Below are positions 12,930 to 25,755 of a stretch of DNA of 64,000 bases, in pieces; the first letter of the stretch is position 1, and each line of letters starts with the position of its first letter. A model generated the notes under the pieces. That model ran no database searches. It was given only the letters and a program-made list of their open reading frames with translations, and was not told where the DNA came from. The position numbers and the translations under genes were made by a program. Origin of the DNA: Cetorhinus maximus (lineage: Eukaryota); assembly GCF_964194155.1 (NCBI RefSeq), contig NC_135906.1, positions 14,446,001 through 14,510,000 of the forward strand. The letters run 5' to 3'.

Positions 12930-13960
12930 TTGTCCTCGGGAGCGCGCGGGAGATCTTGGGGCATCTGGAGCTCGCCGGGGTATTTACTATTGGAGCGCGC
13001 ACTTGAGGGGGGCGGTTGTGCCTCGCGAAAAGAGGCTGCGCTCACTTGAGTGACGCCATTTTGTTAGGGGGCGGGACGCCGAAACCTTCGGAAACCATTC
13101 AGATTTCCAAGCAACATCCAGGCAAGCGCACGATGGCGATGGCCGTTAGATTATGATGGAGCTTGGCGATATATTTGGGGAGGGGGGGTGTGGCGGTGGT
13201 GAGGGTGAACTTTCACTTGTACTTCAGAAACTTCCCAATCGCGTCATCAAAGTAATAATCGGCCGCGCAGAAATAGTCTTGCAGGAAGAAATTTTAAAAA
13301 GAGGCATGGGGGGGGGGGGGAATGGTGAGCAGAGAAATAAAAGGCGCTGGGGATGAACGAGCGGCCGCAGCGCACGGCCCGCGAGGCTCGTGCAACTCAA
13401 AACTCAAACCCACACCTCGGGCGAGTGACGGCACCGCTGACCAATCGTATGTCGGAACCGCCCCCACCGAAAAGTCCAACAGCCAATCAGCTCCCGGGGA
13501 GGCGGGATTGCCGGCGGCAGCGGGTTGCGTTGGTTCTTTTTCTGCCGTCGACGCCAAATAAAAACCTCCCACTTTTTTTTAAAAAAAACCAACGACGGGA
13601 CAATTTACAGAGACCACCTCTCCCCTCCCACCCCCGATCTCTGTGTCAACCATACGGCCGTACAATTGATATTTTTTTTTTAAAATGAAGGAGATCAAAC
13701 CTTATGAAGCGTCTATCGAGACTTGCTTGACTGACCTGAAAAACGACCGTCCATTTTGCTTCGGCTTCAGAAAGAAGTCTTCGACTCGCCTCTGCTCACC
13801 CGGATGTACCGCCCTCCATCGTCGATTGGCCCAGGCTGAGGCATGTGGGCGGGCCCTTGGCGGAAAGGCGGTCGCCGATTGGTGCCGGTGATCGTCAATC
13901 ATACGCCTCTTGACGACTGTAATCGTGAGAGTCTATAAATTGCCCGACCAGAAGCGCTGA
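12930..13960 (-). promoter_or_regulatory. CpG-island promoter and intron-1 regulatory region of gene A
   Basis: CpG-rich; upstream CCAAT boxes at 13825 and 13878, TGATTGACGA at 13892-13901; intron-1 CCAAT at 13441 and 13483; YY1-type AAAATGGCG at 13054-13062. Confidence 0.8.
13736..13754 (-). CDS. AKAP8: AKAP8-like gene A, coding part of exon 1 (MDGRFS/G)
   Basis: aaaATGG Kozak context in a CpG island, 19 nt then CAG|gtcagt donor; phase fits exon 2; nearly identical to the gene B start. Confidence 0.8.
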
Positions 13961-14599
13961 CCATTAGACCTATCTAGATTCTCAAAGGATGTGGAGCAGC
14001 ATTCGTACTTTTATTTTTTTTTAAATGCTGGATTTAATAAAAATGTTTTTGTCACTTCTGTCCCCTCCTATTCAGAGCTTCCAAACTCTAGACAACTTGG
14101 CTGCTCCTCCAGGTGCCGAGCCCTAAGGGAATTGGCGACCATGGACTTACATTGTCAAGCATTACCATGGAGTAATCCAAAGTACTGTAGTGGTTTGCCA
14201 TTCCCTTCTGCACTATGGCTGACCAGGAAATTCTCCCACTCTTACCAGTTGCTATCAAGTATATTGGAAGGATTTCATGTCAATCTAACAAACTTTGTGT
14301 GGATTTTTCAATGGCTTAGTTCGGAGTATCCAAAACATGGTGGTGGGCTTCCACATCTGCCAGATACCCAACTAGCCAAAACAAGGATTAGGAGTGACAT
14401 TAAGGAGGATGAAGAACTTGATAACTGTTTTAAAAAAAAAGATAAGTGCAAAGAAACTTGAATTTATGTAACACTTTGTCACAACTCAAGATGTGCCAAA
14501 GCCTTTCACAGCGACTGAATTACTTTTATAAGCAATGACAGTTGTTGTTAAAGCAAACAGAGCAGCAAGATTCACCAAGCAGAAAATTAGATGGCCAAA

Positions 14600-16050
14600 T
14601 TTTTTATACATTCATGGGATGTGGGCTTTGCTGGCTGAACCAGCATTTATTGCCCATCCCTAGTTGCCCTTGAGAAGGTGGTGGTGAGCTGCCTTCTTGA
14701 ACCACTGCAGTCCATGTGGTGTAGGTACACTCTCAGTGCTGTTAGGAAGGGATTTCCAGGATTTTGACCCAGTGACAGTGAAGGAATGGCGACATATTTC
14801 CAAGTCAGGATGGTGAGTGACTTGGAGGGGAACTTCTATGTGGTGGTGTTCCCATCTATCTGCTGCCCTTGTCCTTCTGGATGGTAGTGGTCTTGGGTTT
14901 GGAAGGTGCTGTCTAAGGAGCCTTGGTGAATTCCTGCAGTGCATTTTATAGATGATACACAATGCAGTTACTGTGTGTCGGAGGTGGAGGGAGTGAATGT
15001 TTGTGGATGTGGTGCCAATCAAGTGGGCTGCTTTGTCCTGGATGGTGTCAAGCTTCTTGAGTGTTGTGGGAGCTGAACTCATCCAGGCAAGTGGGGAATA
15101 TTCCATCACACTCCTGACTTGTGCCTTGTAGATGGTGGACAGGCTTTGGGAGTCAGGAGGCGAGTTACTCGTCACGTAATTCCAAGGCTCTAACCTGTTC
15201 TTGTAGCCACAGTATTTATATGGCTATTCCAGTTCAGTTTCTGGTCAATGGTAAGCCCCCAGGATGTTGATAGTGGGTGATTCAGTAATGGTAATGCCAT
15301 TGAGCATCAAGGGGTGATGGTTGGATTCTCTCTTTTTAGAGATGGTCATTGCCTGACACTTGTATGGTGCGAATGTTACTTGCCACTTGTCAGCCCAAGC
15401 CTGGATATTGTCCAGGTCTTGCTGCATTTGGACATGGACTGCTTCAGTATCTGAGGAGTCGTGAATGGTGCTGAACATTGTGCAATCATCAGTGAACATC
15501 CCCACTTCAGACCTTATAATGGAAGGAAGGTCATTGATGAAGCAGTTGAAGATGGTTGGGCCAAGGACAGTACCCTGAGGAACTCCTGCAGTGATATCCT
15601 GGAACTGAGATGACTGACCTCCAACAACCACAACCATCTTCCTTTGTGCTAGGTATGACTCCAACCAGCGGAGAGTTTTCCCCCCATTCCCACTGACTCC
15701 AGTTTTGCTTCTTGATGCTATACTTGGTCAAATGCTGCCTTGATGTCAAGGGCAGTCATTCTCACTCTCAGGAGTTCAGCTCTTTTGTCCATGTTTGATC
15801 TATGGCTGTAATGAGGTCAGGAGCTGAGTGGCCTTGGCGAAACCCAACCTGTGCATCAGTGAGCAGGTTATTGCTAAGCAAGTGCTTGCTTGATCTCACT
15901 GTTGATGACCCCTTCCATTACTTTACTGATGATTGAGAATAGACTGATAGGGTGGTAATTGGCCGGGTTGGATTTGTCCTTTTTGTGTACAGGACATACC
16001 TGAGCAATTTTCCACATAGCTGGGTCGATGCCAGTTGTACCTGTACTGGA
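14600..16050 (-). mobile_element. 5'-truncated copy of the tRNA-headed LINE family
   Basis: GVPQGTVLGP, FTDDCT and WKIAQVCPVHKK motifs; family 3' tail at 14610-14720. Confidence 0.85.
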
Positions 16051-17989
16051 ACAGTAATGAAAGGATTGTTGGCCATGGCACCAGAACACCTTAATCTTCA
16101 AATAAAGCCATGGGGATTTTTTTTTTACGTTCACCTGAGTATTCCGATATAGCTTAAATTTAACACTGAATTTGAAGGATGACCCCTTCAACAATAAGGC
16201 CCTCCCTCTACTGTTATCAATCAAGATTATATATTTAAAACCTGGAGTGGGGCTTGAACCATAGCTTTGGTATTCAGTTAATATTGCTAGCTTCTGAATC
16301 AATCTGATGCAGAACATAGCTCCCCTGATTGATATTGAGGTAGACATTCTGAAAAGGCCCATTTTACTTCCTCAATCAAGAGTTAGACATCTTAGCTTGT
16401 AACAGAGGTCCCCAGATTGGGGAGCAGATAAGCATCCTGCATTCACACTCTTGACAGCTGCAGCAATGTGCACAAGTGAGAGGTCAGGAACAGGCTCGGT
16501 TCTTCATTAACATTTCAGTGCAGTACAGAGCGAGTGCAAAGGGGCCATCTTTTAGATGAGATATTAAACTGAAACCCCATCGGACTGTTCAGAGCCCCGT
16601 TTTTATTTGAAGCACAGAATGTTCTGGTTCTTGGCTACCATTCCTCTCTCAACCCAATACTGCCAGACTCGCACGAAAAAAGGCCATTTGCAAAAGGCTT
16701 CCAGTGACTATCAGCAGTAATCCAGCCTGACTCATAACTGTGGAGAAAAATGAGAAGAAAGATGGAGCAAATTAAAGGATCAGTGAAATGTGGCCTTTAC
16801 AGTTCAGCTTTGTAGGTGCCTGTGACCAAACTGTCTGTACCAATGAATCCTGTAGTGTAAGCAAGACTAAATTTGCAACAATGGCAACCTAGTTGTATTA
16901 TGGAACAAGAATGGCTGGATTTGGGCATATAGGAAGGTTACAATAGGGGTCGTTGCCTCTGGCCATGGACAGAAAAACTTACTCAAAGCCCTCGATAGAT
17001 ATGGAATATGGTCATCTGAGGGTTGGGCCCAAAAAATGACCGTGAAAGATGCCAGGTGGAAGAAATTTGGTGCCTCTGTCTGGCCTGACCTGGTCCCACA
17101 CTGCATGTTTGGCATCTAATACCTTCCGAGTAATTAAGATGAATAATCAAAACAATCCTGGAATGAAAAAGCACATTTGTTTGTATTTGCATCCAATAGC
17201 AGGGCAAGTTGAGGATATTTTACAATTTCAACTCTAGCTGTTCGGGAACAAAGAGGTGTTAAAATGTTCTATTTAAGTTGCACTCCAATAATGTTCACTT
17301 GCATTTCTGTGTACACCAGTTGTAAATACAGATAAATAATTCAGGTCTTCATCAAAATATGTAGCAGGTCTGACAGCATCTGTAGAGAGAGAAAACAATT
17401 AACGTTTCAGATCGCTAACCTTTCATCAGGCCGGCTGAGTATTTCCAGAATCCATAGCATTTCGTTTTTGTCAAAGTATGTGGGGAATTGTCGTTTTTAA
17501 AGTTTCTCATTGAAACAAGTCATTCACCATATGGAGTTTCATTTTCAGTTCTGATGAATATGATTGAAAAAGGAACTATTGCAAACATGTAATTCTGATA
17601 CACTTGGTATGTTTTCTTTGTGTCACTCTTGCCACAGAAATTAAATTGCAGCATTAAGCAAATGTTGCATTGCTAGATGCATCTCATCATTTAAGTGAGA
17701 AGTGTTATGGTGTCTGAAAGGTTGGAGCCAAGATCATCTTGTGCAGAGTTGGCATGAGCGGAGCCAAGAGGAGGAGGAGGAATGGTGGGGGCACATGGGT
17801 GGCCGGCAACAGACACAGCTGTGTCGGAGGTAGCGTAAGTGTTGGAGGTATTACAACAAAGAGTAAAGACAACGCAAGGAAACTTTGAGACAGAAAGAGC
17901 TGCACGTCTGGAATCAAAATTTAACTCAGCACTTTTTCAGTTGCAATCCCATGGCTCAAAAATGGGCTGACGTGACAAAATACTGGGAG

Positions 17990-20900
17990 AGACAGATGGC
18001 ATTAGAATAGAGAATAGTAAGTTAATAGGTGGAGTCAGAGTAAGCAAGAAAGTAATGAAGTCTAAATCAGGGTTATACTGCATGTATGTGAATGCACGGA
18101 GTATTGTAAATATGATTGGTGAGTTACAGGCGCAGATTTCCATGTGGAATTATGATGTGGCAAAAGCAGAGATCTGGCCCAAGAAAGGGCAAGACTGGGT
18201 GCTAACTATTCCTGGGTACAAGATGTTCAAAAAAGATAGCAAAGGAAGGAAAGGAGGAGAGGTGACAGTATTGGTTAAGGAGAGTATTGCAGTAATGGAG
18301 AAAGAGGATGTCCCAGAGGATTCAAGGACAGAATCAATTTGACTAGAGCTAAGGAAGAAAAAGGGTGCAATCACATTGCTCAGTGTAGTCTATAGACCAC
18401 CAACTAGTGGAAAGGATGTAGAGGAACAAATCTGCAGGGAAATTATAGAAAGATGCAAACATTATAGTGTAGTTATAATGGGGGACTTTAATTACACAAA
18501 TATATACTGAGATAAAGGTAGTGTGAAGGGCAGAGAAGGACAAGCGTTCCTAGATTATGTTCAGGAGAATTTTTTACAGGAATATGTGTCCAGTTCAACA
18601 AGAAAGGAGGCACTGCTAGGCCTAGTTCTTGGAAATGAGGTGGGCCAAGTAGGTCAAGTGTCAGTTTGGGATGGGGGAACATTTAGGAGACAGTGATCAT
18701 TGTATCATAAGGTTTAGGATAATGGTAGAAAAGGACAATGAACAATCCAGAGTGAGAATAGTTAACTGGGGAAGAACCGACTTCAATGGAGAAGAACAGA
18801 GCAGGGCCAGATAGACTGGAACCAAAGGTTGGCGGGAGAAACTGTAGCAGAACAATGGGCTACCTTCAAAAAAGAAATGATCCGGGCATAGTTAAGGTAT
18901 ATTCCCTCAAAAGGGCAAACAAGTCCAGAGTTCCCTGGATGAAAAAGGAGATAGAGATTAAGATAAAGAAGAAACAGTGTGCTTAAGACAGGTATCAGGT
19001 AGAAAATACAATTGAGAACCAGGCTGAAGACAGAATGTTTAGAAGGGAGGTGAAAAAGCAAATAAGAGAAGAAAAGAGGGATTATGAGAAAAGGTTGGCA
19101 GCCAACAAAAAGGGGAATCCTAAAGTCTTCTATAGGCACATTAATAGTAAAAGGGTGGTAAAAGGAGGAGTAGGACTAATTAGGGACCAAAAAGGGGATT
19201 TACACCTGGAGGCAGGGGGCATAGCTGAGGTGTTAAATGAATTTTTGCACCTGTCTTTACCAAGGAAGCAGATGCTACCCAGGCTATAGTGACAGAGGAG
19301 GAAACTCTGTCACTGGAAGAGTTCAAAATTGATAAGGAGGAGGTATTGGATAAGCTGTCGGTACTTAAAGTTGACAAGGCACCTGGACCAGGTGAGGTGC
19401 ATCCAGGGATATTGAAGGAAATGAGAGTGGAAATTGCAGAGGCACTGGCCATAATCTTTCAGTCTTCTCTAGACTCAGGGGAGGTGCCAGAGGACTGGAG
19501 AATTGTAAACATTACGCCCTTGTTCAAAAAAAAGTTTGTAAGGATAAGCCCAGCAATTATAGACCAGTCAGTTTTAACTTCAGTAGTGGGGATGGTTCTA
19601 GAAACAATTATTCAGGATAGAATTAATAGTTACATGGAAAAATGTGTGCTGATTAGGAAAATCTAGCATGATTTCTTAAGGGAAAACCGTGTTTAATTAA
19701 CTTGCTGGAGTTTTTTGAAGTGATAACAGAGAGGGTGGATGAGGGCAATGCTGTTGATGTGGTGTAGATGGACTTCCAAAAGACATTTGATACAGTGCCA
19801 CACAACAAACCTGAGAGAAAAGTTATAGCTCATGGAATAAAAGGGACAGTAGTGACATGGATACAAAATTGACTGAGTAATAGGAAATAGCAACTAATGA
19901 TTAATGGATATTTTGCAGGCTAGAGGAAGGTTTGTAGTGGAGTTCTCCAGGGGTTGGTATTCGGACCCTTGCTTTTCCTGATATATATTAATGATCTAGA
20001 TCTTGGTGTGCAGGGAACAATTTCAACGTGTGCAGATGATATAAAATTTGGCAGCATTGTAAACTGTGAGGACAGTATACAACTTCAAAAGGACATAGAC
20101 AAGTTGGTGGAGTGGCAGATAGGTGGCAGATGAAGTTAAATTTGGAGAACTGTGAGGTGACCCATTTTGGTAGGAAGAACATGGAGAGACAATATAAAAT
20201 AAGGGTTGCAACTCTAAAGAGTGTACAGGAGCAGAGGGACCTGGGTATATATGTGCACAAGTTTTTCTTAATTCATTTACGGGATGTGCGTGTCACTGGC
20301 TAGGCCAGCATTTATTGCCCATCCCTAAATGCCCTTGAGAAGGTGGTGGTGAACTGCCTTCTTGAACCACTGCAGTCCATGTGGTGTAGGTACACCCACA
20401 GTGCTGTTAGGGAGGGAGTTCCAGGATTTTGACCCAGCAACAGTGAAGGTATGATGATAGATTTCCAAGTCAGGATGGTGAGTGGCTTGAAGGGGAAATT
20501 CCAGATGGTGTTGTTCCCATGTATCTGCTGCCCTTGTCTTTCTAAATGGTAGTAGTCATGGGTTTGGAGATGCTGCCTATGGAGCCTTGGTGTGTTTCTG
20601 CAGTGCCTCATGTAGATGGCACACACTGCTGCCACTGTTTGTCAGTGGTGGAGGGAGTGAATGTTTGTGGAGGGGTGCCAGTCAAGCAGACTGCTTTGTC
20701 CTGGATGGTGTCAAGCTTCTTGAGTGTTGTTACAGCTGCACTCATCCAGGCAAGTGGAGAGTATTCCATCACACTCTTGATTTGTGCCTTGTAGATGGTG
20801 GATAGGCTTTGGGGAGTCAGGAGGTGAGTTACCCACCACAGAATTCCCAGCCTCTGACCTGCTCTTGTAACCACAGTATTTGAATGGCTAGTCAAGTTCA

Positions 20901-22350
20901 GGTTCCGGTCAATGGTAACCCCAGGATGTTGATAATGGGAGATTCAGCGATGGCAATGCCATTGAATGTCGAGGGACGATGGTTAGATTCGTTTTTGTTG
21001 GAGATGGTCATTGCCTGGCACGAATGTTACTTGCCACTTGTCAGCCCAAGCCGGGATATTGTCCAGGTCTTGCTGCACTTGGACATGGACTGCTTCAGTA
21101 TCTGAGGAGTCGCGAATGGTGCTGAACATTGTGCAATCGTCAGTGAAGATCCCCACTTCTGACCTTGTGATGGAAGGAAGGTCATTGATGATGCAGCTGA
21201 AGATGGCTGGGCCTAGGACACTACCCTGAGGAACTTCTGCAGTGATGTCCTGGAGCTGAGATGACTGACCTCCAACAAGCACAACCATTTTCCTTTGTGC
21301 TAGGTATGACTCCAACCACTGAAGAGTTTTTCCCGATTCCCATTGACTCCAGTTTTTCTAGGGCTTTTTGATGCCACACTCAGTCAAATGGTGCCTTGGT
21401 GTCAAGGGCATTCACTGTCACTTTACCTCTGGTGTTCAGCGCTTTTGTCCATGTTTGAACCAAGGCTATAATGAGGCTAGGAGCTGAGTGACCCTGGCAG
21501 AACCCAAACTGAGTGTCAATGAACAGGTTATTGCTAAGCAAGTGCCGCTTGATCGCACAGTTGATGACCCCTTCCATTACTTTACTGATGATGGAGAGTA
21601 GACTGATGAGGCAGTAAGTGGCCAGGTTGGATTTGTCCTGCTTTTTGTCTACAGATCATACCTGGGCAATTTCCCCCATTGCCGGTTAGATGGATTGTTG
21701 TCATTAAAGGTGGCAGGACAGGTGGAAAGAGCAGAGAATAAAGCATATCGCATCCTAGGCTTTATTAGTAGTGTCATAGAGTACAAGAGCAATGAGGTTA
21801 TGCTGAACTTTTAGAAGACACTAGTTAGACCTCAGCTGGAGAATTGTGTACAGTTTTGGGTGCCACACTTTAGGAAGGATGTGAACGCATTGAAAAGAGT
21901 GCAGAAGAGGTTTACAAGAATGGTTCCAGGGATGAGAAACTTCAGCTCTGAAGAAGATTGGAGAAACTGGGTGCATTCTCCTTGGAGAAGAGAAGGCTAA
22001 GAGATTTGATAGAGGTGTTCAAAATCATGAGGGGGTTGGACAAACTGTTCCCACTCGTAAAAGGATCGAGAATGAGGGGGAACAGATTTAAAGTAATTTT
22101 CAAAAGAAGCAAATCGATGTGAGAAAAAGCTTTTTCACGCAGTGAGTGGTTTGAGTTTGGAGTGCACTGCCTGGAAGTGTGGTGGTGGCAGGTTCAATTG
22201 AGACATTCAAAAGGGCATTAGATGATTATTGGGATAGAAACAAGGTGCAGGGTTACAGGGAAAAGGCAGGAGAATGACACTAAGTCATAATGCTCATTTG
22301 GAGCCAGTGCAGACACAATGGCCTCCTTCTGTACGGTAACAATTCTGTAA
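17990..22350 (+). mobile_element. Long decayed CR1-type LINE ORF2 (endonuclease plus RT) with a nested insertion
   Basis: CMYVNARSI endonuclease start, KAPGP, DWRIVNITPLFKK, RT motifs, CR1 tail near 22310-22350. Confidence 0.88.
20262..21700 (-). mobile_element. tRNA-headed-family LINE fragment nested in CR1
   Basis: PQGSVLGP and FTDDCT motifs on minus; host resumes gtgcacaag|...|gtcattaaaggtggcagg. Confidence 0.85.
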
Positions 22351-22624
22351 TATTTTCCACCTGATTGTAAAAGTGAATATTCACTTGAGTGGAAAACGAC
22401 TGTAGTTTCTCGCTTTGATGCTGTATGATCCTGTGTCATTCTAGCTGTGTCCTTCTCCTAGTTTTATCAAATTTTTATCCTCAACTGAGTTTGCATCTAC
22501 AGGATATTAGCTTTCGGTACAGTGCACAGATTAAACTGGAGGTAAGTAAAATTTTTAATCTTTTAGGTATTATTTATGTAACATGTTTGCTTACAATGTC
22601 AAAGAGAAACTTGTTTAAGAAAAA

Positions 22625-25600
22625 CTGGAGGAATTAATGGGACTAAAAGCTGACAAATCCCCTGGCTCTAATGACCAAAATTTGAGGGTTTAAGAGTTCC
22701 CCCATGGAGATAGTGGATACATTAGTTGTGACCTCCAGAGTTCCCAAGATTTCAGAATGATCCCTGTGGATTGGAAATGTAACCTTGCTATCCAAGAAGC
22801 AGAAAGAAAACAGGGAACTATAATCCAGTTAACCTGAAATCAGGAGTAGGTGAAATGCTGGAATCTATTATTAGGGATGGGGGAACAAGGTACTTAGAAA
22901 ATCATAATATGATTGGACAGGGTCAACATGGATTAGTGAAAGGGAAGTACCATCAGGATATAGGGGAACCAGTAGATCCAGTGTATTTGGATTTATGTAA
23001 GGTATTCAATAAGGTGCCACAGGAAAGGTTGTCATGCAAAATTAGGGCTTAGGGATTGGAAGTAATATATTAGCACGGATTGAGGACTGCTTAATAGACA
23101 GAAATAATCAGTTTTGGGTTTGCAGACTGTAACTGGTGGGATACTGCATGAATCGTGTTTGGTCCTCAGCTATTTATAATCTATGTCTGTGGCTTAGATG
23201 AGGAGACCGAGTGTAATATATCCAAGTTCGTTAGCAATGCAAAGGTGGGTGGGAAGATAAGTTGTGAGGAGGATGCAAAAAGTCTGAAAAATTATTTAAA
23301 CAATTATTAAATGAATTGGCAAGAACATGGCAGATGGAGTATAAATTAGGGAAATATGAAGTCATTCAGTTTGATAGCAAAAATAGAAAAGCAGACTATT
23401 TTTTAAAATGGTGAGATTGAGAAATGTTGGCATTCTGAAGGACCTAGGTGTTCTTACACATGAATCACAGAATGTTAATATGCAGGTACAGTCAGAGGTG
23501 TAGTGCTAAATTTTGAGGTGCCAGAGCTCTAAGAAAATGTGTTGACCATATCATTTCTAAATCTACTATTACCTTGTTTTTCTATGCATTAATCATTTGA
23601 GTCCCCAAACATCAGTAAAACTATGCTTTTTAAGTAAAAATTATTAGTGCCGGTAGGCATTTTATTTTGAACCATGGGTATTTTGAATCATTAGTCTTTA
23701 GTATAGCTGGAATTTCACTATGCAACAGTTTAATTATTTAGTTCAAGTCTATTAAAAATGTGAATTACAGAAAACTTGCTTCTGACTGGGGGATAGAACA
23801 TAAAGAGGGCACTGCTTTTCCTGATTTATATTAATAGCCTAGACCTGGGTGTACAGGGCACAATTTCAAAATTTGAAGATAATGCAAGACTTGGAAGTGT
23901 TGTGAACTGTGAGGAGGCTAGTGATAGACTTCAACAGGATATAGACAAGCTGGTGGAATGGGCAGACATATGACAGATGAAATTTCATGTAGAGAAGTGT
24001 GAAGTGATACATTTTGGTCAGAAGAATGAGGACAGGTGACATAAAATAAATGGTACAATTCTAAAGGAAATGCAGGGACAGAGGGACTTGGGTGTATATG
24101 TGCATAAATCATTGAAGGTGGCAGGGCAAGTTGAGGAAGCAGTTAATAAATTATACAGGATCCTGGGTTTTGTAAATAGGGGCAGAGTACAAAAGCAAGT
24201 AAGTTATGGACCTTCATAAAACACTGGTTTAGCCTCAACAGGAAGGATCTGAAGGTTTGAGAAAGGGTGCAGAAAAGATTTACGAGAATGGTTCTGAGGA
24301 TAGATTGGCAAAGCTGAGGCTGTTCTCCTTGGAGAAAGGGTTGAGAGGAGATTTGTTAGATGTGTTCAAAATCATGAGGGGTCTGGATAGAGTAAATGGG
24401 GAGAAACTGTTCCCATCGGCAGAAGGTCGAGAATCCTAAGGTGATTAACAAAAGGACCAGAAGCAGCATGAGGAAAAACTTCTTTATGCAGCAAGTGGTT
24501 TGGATCTGGAATGCCCGGGTGTGGTGGAGGAGATTCAATTATGGTTTTCAAAAGGGAACTAGATAATTATCTGAAAAGATTTTACAGGGCTACAGGGAAA
24601 TGATGGAGGAATGGGGCTAGCTGAGTTGCTGTTACAAAGAACTGACACAGAGACAATGTGCTGAATGGGCTCTTCTGTGCTGTAATCATTCTATGATTCT
24701 AATATAGATACATTCAAGAAATTGATAAACACACAAGGAAGAAAGAAGCTGAAGGTTACCCTGATAGTGTGATCAAGAAGGGCGAGAGGAGGCTCATGTG
24801 GAACATAAATACCAACGTAGATGAGGTGGGCCAAATGGCTGGTTTCTGTGCTGTAAATTTCATGTAAAACTGCCAGCAGGGAATACAAACACTATTCTGC
24901 GTTTCACATCCTCAGGCCATCAGAGCCAAGGAAATAATGTTCAGTAGGCAAATACAGCAGGGTGTTTGGGGATGTTGATGCTGCTTTAGATTCCAGAAAC
25001 CTTGAGCCCATCAGCAAAGGAGAGTTTACTATCAAGTGGTGAATATTAAATCCTTTAAATAGGAAGTGCTGGAGCGGCGCTTCTGTAGCACTACACCCGA
25101 GTACAGCAAGCAATTAAGAAAATGTTACGTTAGCCTTTATTTCAAAAGGATAGGTGTATAATGTGAAAGCCTTACTGCCATAATATAGGGCCTTGGTGAG
25201 ACCACACCTGGACAACTGTACAGTTTTAATCTCCCTAGGAGGCTAAAGGATATACTTGTCTTAGACAAAAGGAAGTGCAGCAAATGTTCACCAGACTGGT
25301 TCCTAGGATTTTTGGTTGGGGTGTGGGGAAAGGGGTGTGATTCTCCTATGAGAGATTGAACAAACTAAGCTTATGTTCCCTAGAGTTTAGAAGGTAATCT
25401 CCTTCAAACTCAAAATTCTTAAGAGGGTTTACAGGGTAAACTCAGAGACCGTTTCTCCCTGGTTGAGGAGTCTAGATCTAGGGGTCAGTTGCAGAATAAG
25501 GGGTTGGCCATTCAGGACTCGGATATTTCTTCAAAGTCGTTAATCTTTCAAATTGTCTACCCCAGAGGGCTGTGGATGCTCTGTCATTGAGTATATTCAA

Positions 25601-25755
25601 GGATGAAATTGCTAGGTTTTTGGAATCTAAAGGAATTGAGGGTTATGAGGATAGTGGAGGAAGGTGAAATTGAAGTACATCAGCCAAATTCTTACTGAAT
25701 GCTGAATCAGATTCATAGGACCGAGTGGCCTACTCCTGCTCCTATTGTATCTTAA
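22625..25755 (+). mobile_element. Old CR1-type LINE interrupted at 23492/25100
   Basis: YLDLCKVFNKVPQ motif; sequence continues gcaggtacag|caagcaattaag across the insertion; CR1 tail at 25720-25755. Confidence 0.7.
23493..25099. mobile_element. Putative non-autonomous hAT-like DNA transposon containing nested CR1 fragments (about 23810-24870)
   Basis: inverted ends cagaggtgtagtgcta / tagcactacacccg; flanking ggtacagt / agtacagc target-site duplication (core gtacag exact). Confidence 0.6.
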
